Assembly: GCA_951406725.2 (NCBI GenBank)
Contig: OX597829.1
Location: 34,348,001 to 34,412,000, forward strand
From: Octopus vulgaris
Lineage: Eukaryota
Direction: 5' to 3'
DNA: 64,000 nucleotides
Below are positions 36,852 to 49,699 of the stretch, one piece after another. Within the stretch, counting starts at the first letter, position 1. Every line of letters starts with the position of its first letter. Under the pieces are notes generated by a model. That model saw only the letters and a list, made by a program, of their open reading frames with translations, was not told the DNA's origin and made no database searches. The translations under genes and the position numbers were made by a program.

Positions 36852-37760
36852 ATATCCTTTGAAAAGTAAATGTTTATGTGGTGAATTATACGTATATATG
36901 TCATCAATGTTAGATGAATGAAAATGGAGTGCTCAAAGCATGTCATAGAAGATACTGTTTTTTTGTTTTTTTTATAAAACAGTAGCTGAGAGTTTGCTTC
37001 ATGAAGTTTTGTGCCAATTCAAAATCAGTAAGATTTATACTTAAGTAGCATATGGGAACCGGTATAACATTAGATTTATAAGCACTAAAATTCACTCCAT
37101 ATGGCGTAGTGGTTAAGAGCACGGGCTACTAACCCCAAGATTCCGAGTTCAATTCCAGGCAGTGACCTGAATAATAATAATAATAACATCGAAAAATAAC
37201 TTAGGAATGAGAACCCAGGTTCAAAATTTCCCCCAAGACGCCTGATGAAAGCTGGAGGGTATATCAGCCAAAACATTGTGTTAACAAAGATGAGGACAAA
37301 TATCCGTCAAATGTAAATAATGTACATAATTCCTCATCTCTTAAATACAGGACTGTATTAATCCTTTTTTCTCAAATTTATTTCCATTTTGTATCATGTA
37401 TTATTAAAATTGTCCTTTGTGTTGGTGAATTTTTTATTGAAAGTTTTTGTTTTTTTTATCAAACCTTTAATACACCACAAGTGAACACACTATAGAAACA
37501 ATTAAATAAACAAATCCATTTTTAGGTATTTTGTACTCATTATAGGATTGAGCTTTTGTGGTTTAGAAAATATTTTCAACAAGATGTTAAGAGTTAAGCT
37601 CTGTTGGGTATTGCGTGTCACTCTCCTAACATTTCTCCTACTTATTAATTCTGTTTGTAATAAACTTGCCAGTGTTTAAAAATATTTACTTTTTTATGTA
37701 TGATACAACAATTATTTTTATTTGTGTACTAAATATATTATTCCTTAGCATAGTTTTTAC
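36852..37760 (+). other. U12-type (minor spliceosome) AT-AC intron, 909 nt, phase 0
   Basis: 5' end ATATCCTTT, branch-site-like TTCCTTAGC at 37741-37749, 3' end TTTAC at 37760. Joining gives DKFVEKLE-PFLDEAK, colinear with DKFVEKMT-SFVKDAQ of DIAPH1. Confidence 0.88.
37092..37355 (+). mobile_element. tRNA-headed short element with minimal hammerhead motif, inside the U12 intron
   Basis: A box TGGCGTAGTGG and B box GAGTTCAATTCC within 37092-37165, then (AAT)n, then gacgc-CTGATGA-aagctg..cagcc-AAAA-CATT-gtgtt at 37237-37282. Confidence 0.6.
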
Positions 37761-37925
37761 CCGTTCCTGGACGAAGCCAAAACTCAGTATGATGTGTTGA
37801 ACACTATGTATAAACAGATGGATATGAAATACACAGAACTTGCAAATTATTTTTCTTTTGATAGAAAAAAATATGCATCTGAAGAATTTTTTCATGACGT
37901 AAAGGAATTTCAAAGTAGCTTTGAT
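37761..37925 (+). CDS. dia: Diaphanous formin exon, end of FH2
   Basis: tttac|CCG...GAT|gtatgt. PFLDEAKTQYDVLNTMYKQMDMKYTELANYFSFDRKKYASEEFFHDVKEFQSSFD. Confidence 0.92.
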
Positions 37926-38216
37926 GTATGTTATATTTTTCATTTTTTAAAAACTGCTTTTGAAAATATTTTAAAGGAATTGCATTTTTATGATCAATCA
38001 TAACATTTATTTTAAAAAGTTTGTAGGATGGCTTGGATTACTGGTTGTAATCATTTCTAATTCAGCTAAATACCCTCACAATTCTAACCTACATTGCCAC
38101 TAAAAACATTATAAATTTTATTATACACTGGAGAAACTAGTCCATTTAATATGTTCACTTCTTTGCAATGACAGTAAACAGCTTATAAAAAAAAATATTA
38201 AGAAAATTGGATTAAG

Positions 38217-38610
38217 GCGCAGGAGTGGCTGTGTGGTAAGTAGCTTGCTAACCAACCACATGGTTCCGGGTTCAGTCCCACTGTGTAGCATCTTGGGCAA
38301 GTGTCTTCTGCTATAGCCCCGGGCCGACCAATGCCTTGTGAGTGGATTTGGTAGATGGAAACTGAAAGAAGCCTGTCGTATATATGTATATATATATATG
38401 TGTGTGTCTGTGTTTGTCCCCCTAGCATTGTTTGACAACTGACGCTGGTGTGTCTATGTCCCCGTCACTTAGCGGTTCGGCAAAAAGAGACCGATAGAAT
38501 AAGTACTGGGCTTGCAAAGAATAAGTCCCGGGGTCGAGTTGCTCGACTAAAGGCGGTGCTCCAGCATGGCCGCAGTTAAATGACTGAAACAAGTAAAAGA
38601 GAAAAAGAGA
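38217..38610 (+). mobile_element. tRNA-derived SINE (octopus OR2/CORE-like), near full-length
   Basis: Head ggcgcaggagtggctgtgtggtaag...gggttcagtccc, CORE-like cttgggcaagtgtctt, internal (TA)(TG) tract, tail tgactgaaacaagtaaaaga. At least 7 further copies or fragments in the window. Confidence 0.85.
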
Positions 38611-39831
38611 AAGAGAAAGTCTCTGAGTGTTTGATTCACTTGAACCACATTCTTCACAATAATGCACAGACAAAATCAAAGTTTTTTTTTCTTTTACAAT
38701 ATGAAAACTTGTTAAAAGGAATTTTTTATCATCCCCATTTTGTGAAGTAATCTCTTGGTGTGTGCCATTTCTTATGTTTAAGAAATGATGACACCTTATC
38801 AAGAGGCGTTCCAATCATTGTGTTGAGAAGTATAACATTGATTTGGTGCATATAAAGTTTGAAGTACATTGCAACAAAATTTTGGGGAAGGAAGAAAACT
38901 TTTCTTCATAGTAGTTATTTAATTGATGGATCTGTTACATTTGCAATCAAGTGGCATGAACATGGACAGATAGATACAAATGGTATGGTAAAATAGAAGT
39001 CCTGAAGAGTTTTGTATAGAAAAGGAAAAGATAGAATAGATAGATAACTTTCTCTTGAATGTGGTAGAATATCAAAGTGTAACATTTTGTTTGAGAGCAC
39101 CTCTTCATTGTAGGTGTATGACAGTATAAGTAGTAATACATGTTCCCTCAGACTTTTAGTAAACAGTGTGTGCAAAAGTGTGTATCCACTGAATTGTTAA
39201 TTACTACATTATTTTTGGCAACTATGTTTTCTTCATGCATAAATTTCTTTTGTGTGCCAGTTGCAGAACATATGTGCACATAACTTAGAGTGAACAATGC
39301 TTTTAATCTTTTGGTGGCTTTGTATGGTGGTTACCCAGCTTATTTCATAATGTGAAACAGATGAGAGAAAAATATTATCCTTGGATAGAATGCCTGACTA
39401 TTTTCAGAAAACTTTCCAAGACCTAGATGATAAGCTCCCAGTAAACCATGCCTCTGCTTGTTTAAAATTTTTTCCCAGTTCCTTAAGTCAGTAAGGCTGA
39501 ACACCTGTTAATTAGGAATACTTTCATAAGAAAATGTTTGGCAGTTGAAACCATTTACATGTAATAGATTTATATTGTTATTTTTGCTCCTTTTTACAAA
39601 AAGTTCCTTATAGTTGATATTTCTATTTTAGAATGAGATTAATATTTAAATTATATAACGTTTCGTGTCTGATCATTGACAACTGTAATTTTATATGCAA
39701 AGGAGACAGAAAGTAAGCATATGTTTTGGTTGTGTTAAATGTCATCATTTTCAGTTTCTGACAGACTATATTTAATCTTTCATTGCTCTTTTTGTTCTCC
39801 ATCCACCCATTTTAAATTTCCTAACTTACAG

Positions 39832-39967
39832 CAAGCTTTGAAGGAAAACAAGCAACAAAAAGAAACACTTGCAAACATAGCACGAGCAAAAGAGGCTAAA
39901 GAAGCCCGAGAACGAGAACGAAAAGAAAAGTTGCAGCGGCAAAAGCAGTTTATGGATGTTAATGCAG
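39832..39967 (+). CDS. dia: Diaphanous formin exon, post-FH2 helix
   Basis: ttacag|CAA...GCA G|gtttgt. QALKENKQQKETLANIARAKEAKEARERERKEKLQRQKQFMDVNA. Confidence 0.93.
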
Positions 39968-40652
39968 GTTTGTTTGGTAAATTGATTTTTACTGTTCCCA
40001 GTCAGGTTTAAATTATGTAAACACTGTTTTTAATCATACTACCAGAATAGATTATCATCATCAATACCATAAGGGTAATTATGATTCTTTACGCATTTTA
40101 AATCAAGTGACTTTTAAATACAAAATGATTTATATTTCATGCCCTTTATATTGCCATAGTTCTGTCAATTTAAAACAATTTTTTTGTTTTGATTTATAAG
40201 AGAGAATATTTATGCCAAATGGAGCAGTGAATTTTGAATTTGGATTCACTCCTCCTCCTATGCCAACTTCTCAACTGCAAATTGAGCAGAATATGTCCAT
40301 GAACCAAGCTAAAAACAAACAAATTTGTACCTGTCTAGTCTATAGCATGATTTTTACCTAAAGCCATACTCTGGGTAAGGTAGGTCCAGATTAATCATGC
40401 AAATTTTGTTGGTATTCACATCATTCTTGTACATTAGAAAGTACTGATAGACTCAAAATCCTAGAAGTGTTTTGAAATTATCCTCAAGGCAAAAACTCTT
40501 AAGTTTAATTACTTATACTTTTTAAATTTTTCATAAGTTTTATAACCACAAGACGCTATAAGTCAGGATGGAAGTAATCAATTTAAACATCCCAAATTCC
40601 TTATAAAATATTCTGAACAAATTGTTGCAAAATGTCTATATATTTCCTTCAG

Positions 40653-40766
40653 ATGAACCAAATCATGGAGTTGTTGACAATCTCTTGGAGGCACTAACGA
40701 GTGGTTCAGCTTTTAATATGAACCGAGAAAAGCGAGAAGGAAAACGACGAGCTCCACGCCCAGGAG
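40653..40766 (+). CDS. dia: Diaphanous formin exon, DAD autoregulatory domain
   Basis: ttcag|AT...GGA G|gtaatt. DEPNHGVVDNLLEALTSGSAFNMNREKREGKRRAPRPG is a DAD core plus basic patch. Confidence 0.94.
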
Positions 40767-41724
40767 GTAATTTGTTTCCATTTCTTGTACCTATGGTTAT
40801 ATTGTAGATTTTTGTTGTATGATTGTAAAACAGAGAGAGTAATGTTAAGGAATTATGTGTACTCATAAAAAAGAAATAATAAGGAATATATTCACTCAAA
40901 ATCCTACATGATTTGTAAGGCCTCAAAAAATGTTGTTTAAGCCTTTAGTAAATTATAATACTCTATTTGTCTCATTGCAATGGTTTCGTTGCACTTGGAA
41001 TAGAAAAATAGATTTTTTTCCCTCTGGACACTAGCTTAACATAATGTCTATTTTGTTAAAAGAGGAAGAGACAATATTAAACTGGAACTTGTACATAATT
41101 GCCTTTTTTTAACCATTATTTTAGGTTCATTTTGTCTGAAGTGACATAATGTTACATGATGACTAATTGTTTCTTTGGATAGGTGTCCTTCTTATTGTTA
41201 ATCTTTATTTATGCCAGAAACTTATTAGACTGAGTCGGGCATAGTTATGTGAGTTGATCAAAGACTTATAACAATGTCTATGCAGTCAGATTTGAATTCA
41301 TAACCTAATGCTCAGTCATGCAGCATATTAACTGCATAATGATGGTGCACCTTAAAAAACTTAATGGTAACCAGAGTGTATGACATTTAAACTGTTTATC
41401 TCTTTAGATGAGTATATCTCTAATATATGTTTTTAATAGTTTTTTGGATTATCCTAAGTACTGAATAAGATGTTGATGCATTGGTATAGAACTATCTTTT
41501 ATGAGCTGCTAAGTGTATTGGTCATTTTAAACTTCATCCTGGTTGAAACTTCATATACTCCTTAAATTAAAAAAAATAATTCATTTATGAATGTCTTTTT
41601 TTTCTAAAATCCTTGGTGAGATGGTACTTTATATTTTCAAATTTTTGCTTCCTTTTATGACATTTTTTTATTTATTCATTTGACTATATATGTTTTATTT
41701 ATTTGCAATTTTCCCCACTGATAG

Positions 41725-41831
41725 ACAGACCATCTATACTTTCAAGATCCAGGCGTCAGGGTCGTTGTTCAGCTATGGTTACTAAAATAACTGATACTGA
41801 GGTGAAAAATAAGACCAATTTCTATGCATGA
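41725..41831 (+). CDS. dia: Candidate alternative (proximal) last coding exon of the formin
   Basis: Pyrimidine-rich acceptor ...ctgatag|AC, phase 1 compatible with the DAD exon. DRPSILSRSRRQGRCSAMVTKITDTEVKNKTNFYA*; LSRSR resembles insect Dia tails. Higher GC than its surroundings. Confidence 0.55.
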
Positions 41832-42884
41832 AATGGCATTGTTGTTGCACAGTCATATGATTTATTTTCCTTGTTCTTATTCTTTTGCTTGTTTTACATT
41901 ATTTTTTGTTAATGTCCCATATTTTAATCCTTCATATTCATTTTTCTTGGGAGTGTTTTTGTTTTGTATTATGTTATAGATTGAGCTTGACGGCCTTATC
42001 TCCAATCACTGTGTTGGGGAAGAACAGCACTTGTGAAGTTTTCTAGGTTACAAACCTTCATCATGTTATATAGATTTTTTTAGAGAATGTCTTTCTCATA
42101 GTTTAAATTCCTTTTGAATGCAAGTCAAAACAGAACTAACGAATAGATTTTATCTAGGAGAGAAAGATAAGAGAAAGAAAAGTATGAGAGAGAGAGAGAG
42201 AGTGAGTTAATGATACTCAATAGAAGACGCAAATCTAAATCAAGATGATAACTAGCTCACATTTTTTTTTTTTGTATATACTCATCAAAAATGAAAGAAG
42301 GAAGTGTACAGAGGTACTTATAAAGAGATTAAAGAAAACATTGGAAAATGTACTTAGGTTTCAATTGAGAGCAGTAGATTCACAGATGCAATGGCACATA
42401 CTTATAATACTTGGTATATGCCATGTTTCTACTATAAAAATTGATGAGAGGATTTCAATTGTCATTTTCTTAAATTTACAATACTAACTCACATCAATTT
42501 GCATGAATATTTGAACCAGTTATTAACAAACTCTCACTACAATTTTGCTATTGGTGATGCTATTCATTTTGTTTTTAGTTTATTATATCTTCTATTGCTT
42601 CATAATTTTTACATATGTAATGAAGTATATGTGTAAGCATTTCTGAGAATGAATAAGACAGAACTTCACCTTTATGGATTAACTGAGAAAAACATGATAA
42701 TTGTTTGAATATTATAGGTCAATTTATAACACATAAGTCATAGTATGTGACTAATTGTTTAATTTGTAGACAGTTTGAGAGACTGTGAAGCTTGATGTAC
42801 AGCTTTTTCATTTAGGTACAAAAGGAGAGTGGATTTGAACTGGCTATGTCTGTAATGGAGATTGAGGTAGTCATTATGTTTATA

Positions 42885-44775
42885 TCATCATCATCATCGT
42901 TTAACGTCCACTTTCCATCGGTTGGATGATTTGACTGAGGACTGGTGAACCAGATGGTTGCACCAGGCTCCAATCTGAGAGTTTCTACAGCTGGATGCCC
43001 TTCCTAATTCCAATCACTCCAAGAGTGTAGTGGGTGATTTTACGTGCCACCAGCATGAGGGCCAGTGAGACGGTACTGGCAATGGCCATGCTCAAATGGT
43101 GCTTTTTACGTGCCACCTGCACAGGAGCCAGTCCAGCGGCGCTTACAATGACCTCGCTCAAATGTTTTTTTCACATGCCACCAGCACAAGTGCCAGTAAG
43201 GCGACGCAGGTAATGATAATGCTCGAATGGTGCTCTTTACGCGCCACCGACATGGAAGCCAGTTTGTTGCTCTGGCAACGATCACGCTCGGAAGGTGCTC
43301 TTAGCGCTCCATTAACATGGATGCCAGTCATTGAATTTGATTTCAGTTTTGATTTCACTTGCCTCAACAGGTCTTTGCAAGCAGAGTTTAGTGTCCAATG
43401 AAGGAAAGGTACTCATAAGTGGGCTGGTTACACCCCTGGCATAGGCCTCGAGGTTACGGTCTCACTTGGCTTGCCGAGTCTTCTGAAGCACAGCATATTT
43501 CCAAAGGTCCTGGTCACTAGTCATTGCCTCAGTGAGGCCCAATGTTCGAAGGTCATGCTTCACCACCTCATCCCAGGTCTTCCTGGGTCTACCTCTTCCA
43601 CAGGTTCCCTCAACCACTAGGGTGTGGCACTTTTTCACACAGCTATCCTCATCCATTCTCACCACATGGCCATACCAGCACAGTCGTCTCTCTTGCACAC
43701 CACATCTGATGCTTCTTAGGTCCAACTTTTCTCTCAAGGCACTAATACTCTGTTGAGTATGCACACTGACATTACACATCCATTGGAGCATACTGGCTTC
43801 ATTCCTTGCGAGCTTACATATGTCCTCAGCAGTCACTGCCATGTAGCCTGGCTTTTCATACACATGCGTCATACAGTCTACCTTTTACTCTGAGCGAGAG
43901 GCCCTTTGTCACCAGCAGAGGTAAGAGCTCTCTGAACTTTGCCCAGGCTATTCTTATTCTAGCAGCTACACTTTCAGCGCACCCTCCCTTGCTACTGCCT
44001 TGGTCACCTAGGTAATGGAAGCTATCAACTACTTCTAGTTTTTCTCCCTGGAATATGGCGGAAGTTGTTCTCTGCACATTTTCAGTGTTTATTGCTCCTA
44101 AGCATCTGCCACATACAAAAACTATCTTCCCAGTTAGCCTTCATTTGATATTTCTGCACCTCTTATGTGTCCATAGATTACACTGGGTACATCTTATAGA
44201 GTTTCTACCTACACCTTTTCTACAGATCGAGCAGGGCCAACTACCTGAAGGGATTTGTGGTTTGCCTGCCTTCCTACTTATTAGGACTTTGGTTTTAGCT
44301 AGGTTGATTTTAAGGCCCTTCAATTCTAATCCTCGTTTCCACACTTGAAACTTCTCCTCTAGTTCTGATAGTGACTCAGCAATTAGAGCAAGATCGTCAG
44401 CATAAAGGAGCTCCCAGGGGCATCCTGTCTTGAATTCCTCTGGTATTGCCTGGAGGAGGACTATGATAAATAGGAGGGGGTTGAGGACTGAACCTTGGTG
44501 GACTCCTACCTCTACCCGGAATTCTTCACTGTACTTGTTGCCAACCCTCACCTTACTGACAGCATCCCCGACATGGCTTGCACAGCTCTCACTAACCATT
44601 CATCTATCCCTAGTTTCCTCATTGACCACCAGATAAGGGATCAGGGGACCCTGTCAAAGGCTTTCTCCATGTCAATGAAAGTCAGGTACAGAGGTTTATC
44701 TTTTGCTAGGTATTTCTCCTACAACACCCTGATTCTCTCTCACACACTGTCTTGCAACACGAAATACCTCAAGTC
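42885..44775 (-). mobile_element. RTE-clade LINE, 5'-truncated
   Basis: ORF track: VGVHQGSVLNPLLFIIV, ELLYADDLALIA, GLKINLAKTKV, LEVVDSFHYLGD, RRLCWYGHVVRM, GRGRPRKTW. (CAT)n tail at 42885. Confidence 0.93.
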
Positions 44776-44974
44776 TTTGGTCCAGTCTGAATAACAAGTT
44801 GTATATACATTAATGTTTGCTCCTATGTTTTCTATGTCTATATTTTTGAGTGCTCTAACTGAAAAACAATACATTGTACTTACATTTATGTATATCTGTG
44901 TGCTCATTTGCATTTAAGTACTCTTAAATGTAAATGAATGAAATCAATATTTGTCATCAACATATTACTTATGC

Positions 44975-47210
44975 TTTCCATACTGGATTGAGTTGGGTGG
45001 GTTGTCACAGTCAGTGAATTCTTAGAGTTCCTATCCTCTTTTAGATTGGTTAGTGGACCATATCACTCATATGCTTAAATTTTGGATGTGGTTTCTATGA
45101 CTGGATTGCCTTCCTGTCATGAGTCACTTTACTCAATGTACTGGGTGTATTATATTGTGGTGCCAACATAAGAGAGATTGTCGTGCATTGCCTTATTAAA
45201 AGCAGCTTGAATAAGAGAGAGATGAGAAAGGACCAGAGTTAGATCGAGGGAATTAAAGGAGGAAACTGATTGGAGTCCGAGAATGAAAGAGGAGAGAGAG
45301 TGATAGAAGAGGGAGCGTTGGAAGAAGTGATGGAAGAGAGACTGTAATGGTTTCTACATGTTTCTTGATGAGAAAAAAAGATCAGGTGATGAATGACCTG
45401 GTTGATAGCACAGAAGTGATGTTAAGGTACACTGAATATGAACAGATATGATGCTATGACTCATACATATGCATTTTTGTGGGAGAGGAAGAGATGTCTA
45501 GCATGTTCATAGAATATACACAAGTCACTCACTGTACTGGCAGCTCAGTACAGTGATTAGAAGAAAAGGCAGTTGGAGCAGAGTGAGCAAAGACGAGATC
45601 CAGTGCCATTTCCAGTTATATATGTAACATAGTGCAGTGAATAGGAAAGAGGACGAGTGGAGGGAGTGCAAGTCATGGGGAATGTCTGAAAGGGCTGAGT
45701 ATTGGAAATAAATAAATGAAATGAGAGGATATCAGAGAGGTGGGATGGCAGTAGGTGAAGGCATAACAATGATGTATTAGACAAGAGACCCAAATATACG
45801 TATATCTTCATGTCCACTATTCGATGCTTGCATGGGTCAAATAGTGTAGAAAGAGATGATAATGGAAATGAGAGATGGTTGTTAATTGAAAGTTGTTCTA
45901 GGAAGAGGAGGTACATGGTCATGCAAAGAATGGTGAGATATGAAATATGTGCCAATTCTACTCTCAAGTGATTACAGCAGGTGAGTAGTACCAGACAGAA
46001 GAGCGATGGAGGGATGGATGTTATAGAGATGAGATTTAGGGAATGCTTGACTGGGCAAGATGGATGCAGGGGCAGAGCCCAATACATACAAGCATAACAA
46101 AATGCTTCCAGGACCTCACTTTTTGTCATCATGGACAGATTTCCTCAAGCACAGTAAATCACCAATTATTTCAGTCCTTCTCATCTCCACCATGAGGTTC
46201 AACATTATGAGATCAGCTTTTCTGGGTCTTCTTTTACATGTTCCATCCACTTTAAGCAACCAGCACATCTTTATGCAGCTGTCCTCATCCATGAGCATCA
46301 CATAACCAAACCAATACAGTTGTCTTTCTTAAATACTACCTCTGATTCTTCTTATGCAAAATTTTTTTCTCAGTATATTAGCACTTGTTTTATATACACA
46401 CTGACATTGCACATTCAGTGGGACATGCAAGCTTCACATCTTCTGCATTCAGGGCCCATATCTCACTACCATGTAGCATTGCTGCATGCACATAAGTATC
46501 ATAGAATTAGCCTTTCACTCAGAGAGAGGGAGTGAGACCTTTCAACACCAACAGAAGCAATAGCACAGAACTTTCTCTATCCTATTCTTATTCTATCAAC
46601 TATACTTTCAGAACATCCTTCTCCACTACTAATTAGGTCATCTAGGTAACAGAAACTATCTATTACCTTTAGGGAGCCTCCAGGACATTCAAGAAAGTAC
46701 ATTTCTCAAGTGTCTTTAGTGTTTATTGCTCCTGCACATCTGCAAACAAATGCTACTTTCTCCATTAATCTTCCTGTGATTCCATTACTTCCCTTGTGTG
46801 CCCATAACTTGCACTGGATACACAATATAGAATTCTTGACTATAGCTCTCCTGTGTATCGAGCAGGACTCTGGTCTTTGTAAACTTAAGTTTGAGTCCCT
46901 GTGATTCCAGATTTTGCTTCCAACCTGTAATTCTACTACAGACTTTGCTATAAGAATGAGGTTGTCAGTACATAGTAGTTCCCAGGAGCGGCAGTTCTTA
47001 AATTTTTCTGTAATATCCTAGAGGACAATCATGAATAAGAAGGGACTGAGAACCAAGCCCTGGTAAACCCTTGTTTGTATTTTAAATCCGTTACTCTACT
47101 CATGGCTAACTCTCACCTTACAGACAGCACTCCATACATGACTTGTATGGCTTTCATGAGCCATTCATCTATCCCTAGTTTTATTAGAGACGACCAGATC
47201 ACAGAGTGAA
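44975..47210 (-). mobile_element. Older decayed RTE LINE with long purine/pyrimidine-biased 3' region
   Basis: RT remnants at 46150-47210 are colinear with 43500-44640. RTE tail motif at about 44975-45150. Confidence 0.7.
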
Positions 47211-49699
47211 AGTTTCTGTTAATGATTTTCTCTTGAAAGTAAACCATTCAAATGTAGACGGATGTGTTACCATATATATGTTTATGTAATATACTTATAT
47301 GTATTATATATATAATTTGTTTGTACGTGTGTATGAGTGTGTGTGTTCATGTCTCTTTATCTTCCCATTATACAGTTGTTGTAAACAAATATTCTTATCA
47401 GACAAGTTATGACATTTGCAATGTTCAAAGGACTAAGGAAAATTATCTACTTCGGAAAACAGGTGAGTGTTGGCCACCAGAAGTGTATGCCGTACTAGAA
47501 GTTCTGCTCAATGAATTTTGTCTGATCTATGAATGCATAGATATTTGAGCATTTAAATGGCAATGAAAAGTCTCCATCAATTTAGTACTTAGAGTTGTGT
47601 TTTATTTGTTGGAAAATGACATTGATTTGATTATATTATTTGTAAGTCACTTGATTTGCTTACTGAAACAAAGTTATCAATTAATTGGTGTCTTAGAAGT
47701 AATTTTTTACTTATTCCAAGGAGATGAGAAACAATTCATAGGTCTTAAACATCTAATTTTCTTCTGATACTAAACTAAAATACTTTAAATTATCTAGAAT
47801 ATTATATGGTTAATAATATGAAATTGTTTTGGGCATGCTTTTAATCCTGTATTTAACTATGTTCCTTACATCATTTCTTTGACTGATCTAACTTTCATTG
47901 TTCCAGCATGTTCTGTTTGTGCTCTGTTTAAACAGTTGTGTCTTTGATTATTGTCTTAAAAGTTTTCAGTTTTTCTCCCATCAATTATTGCCATGAGAAC
48001 TACATACTAAGTGTTTTAATGATTTTTAACCTATATTATATTGAGCATTTTGTGAAGTTATGATTTGAGCTATCTACTAAACTGTTTTTCATTCACATTT
48101 CCATTGTATTGTTATGAATTCAAAAACGTAATATTTCAAGCACATTTGAATAGTTTTGTTGTTTAATTTCCAAAAACATTAACACTTTAAATTCATTTAT
48201 TTTATTGGCACGATTAATAATTTGTTTTTCTTGCATATTCTTTCTGTTTTTTAATCTATTTATTTGCTTCTGGTATGTTACTAATATAATTAATTTGGCC
48301 TGCTTTTATTTGTTTATTTATTGTTTTTATTTTGTCTAAGAATGTTTTATCTCATCATCAAAAAAACTTTGTTTTTATAATATTTTATTGCAGTATCGTA
48401 TAGTGAATATTGTGATTTGTAAATGAAACCTGTAAATCTCTCTATACTAAGTTGTTATTTTTTTAAATCTTAAGATGTATTCATTGTCATGAGATGAAAT
48501 AGAAACTAACATGTTTAGCAGGCAGGGCCCTTCATAATGAAGGAATCAGAAATGTGTTGAAGGATGTATGAAAGATGTTAGAAGCTAGAAGATCACAAGT
48601 AAATATAGTTAAAAATCCAAAAATATGTGAGAGAAAGAGAAATAAAAGAAAATAAATTAGCTAAAATTACAATTTTGGTTTTTGCTACGTTGGGATTTTA
48701 AAAAATATAGTTCTTTAGGATGTATTTAAATAACAATTATTTATATTAGTGATTATACGAATGAATCCTGAGAATTTCAACCATCCTCCTCCCATACCAG
48801 CCCACAAGCTATATCATAGGGTTGAACCAAAGCACTAAAGTACAATAGATTGCAGATTTTACAAGAAATGCAATAAATAATCAAAGAAAGCAGTACAAAT
48901 TTGTCCTCAGTAATTTGGCATTAGAGAACTACATTTGAGAAGGCTAGAAAAAAATGGATGATCTCTTAGATTTGTGACTTCTGACTTTTGTAGAAAAAAT
49001 ATATACTGACTTTTATTTGTTTATTTTTTTCATTTTTTATTTTCTGTAGCATACAGTCATAGGTGCATGAAGAAAGAAGGGAGTAATAGGATGGAAAAGA
49101 AATAGTAGTATCAGGGGTTTAGCAAGAGAAGGCCAGAGAGTGATAGGAGTAAATAGGAGTAATGAGGAGAGTTAAGAAGGAGGAGATGCAGTGCTACACC
49201 ATGTTATTTATGAGTGGGGAGAATGGTGTGTGAAGTGATAAGGCGATGATGAGAAGCCAGAGTGTATTCTCAACTTGTCTTAAATAGCATAGTGATAGGA
49301 GAATTGGGGAAGGTAAGTAAAGGTTGACTGAGTGCAATTCCTCCTCATTTAATCATTATGATTCAGGAGGAAAGAGAAAAGATGAGTAAGAGAATATGTG
49401 GAGTTATGGAGAAGAAAGATATATGCACAAATCAAGTACTTTCCTCACAGTTATGGGTGACAATAATACAGTGAGTAGAGGAGATGATGAGAGATGAAAG
49501 GTTATAGAATCGATACAATATGTAGGTGAATAGATGGTGAAGTAATGATGTGAAGGTATAGAATAAGTACTGGACAAGGAGATATATGCACAAAACATGC
49601 ACTATCCCACTATTTCAACAAATATTTTACCAATTTTTTTATTTTTGTTGGTGGGGGGTCAGATCTTCTGCAGCACCATGTATATCATCTGTCAACATG

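Noticed and set aside
37092-37165. Functional tRNA gene
   Set aside because: Acceptor, anticodon and T stems are imperfect and it continues into a repeat body, so it was treated as a SINE-like head.
45557-46132. 191-aa minus-strand ORF
   Set aside because: Leu/Ser-rich product of a pyrimidine-biased stretch in a LINE 3' region, with no domain motif.
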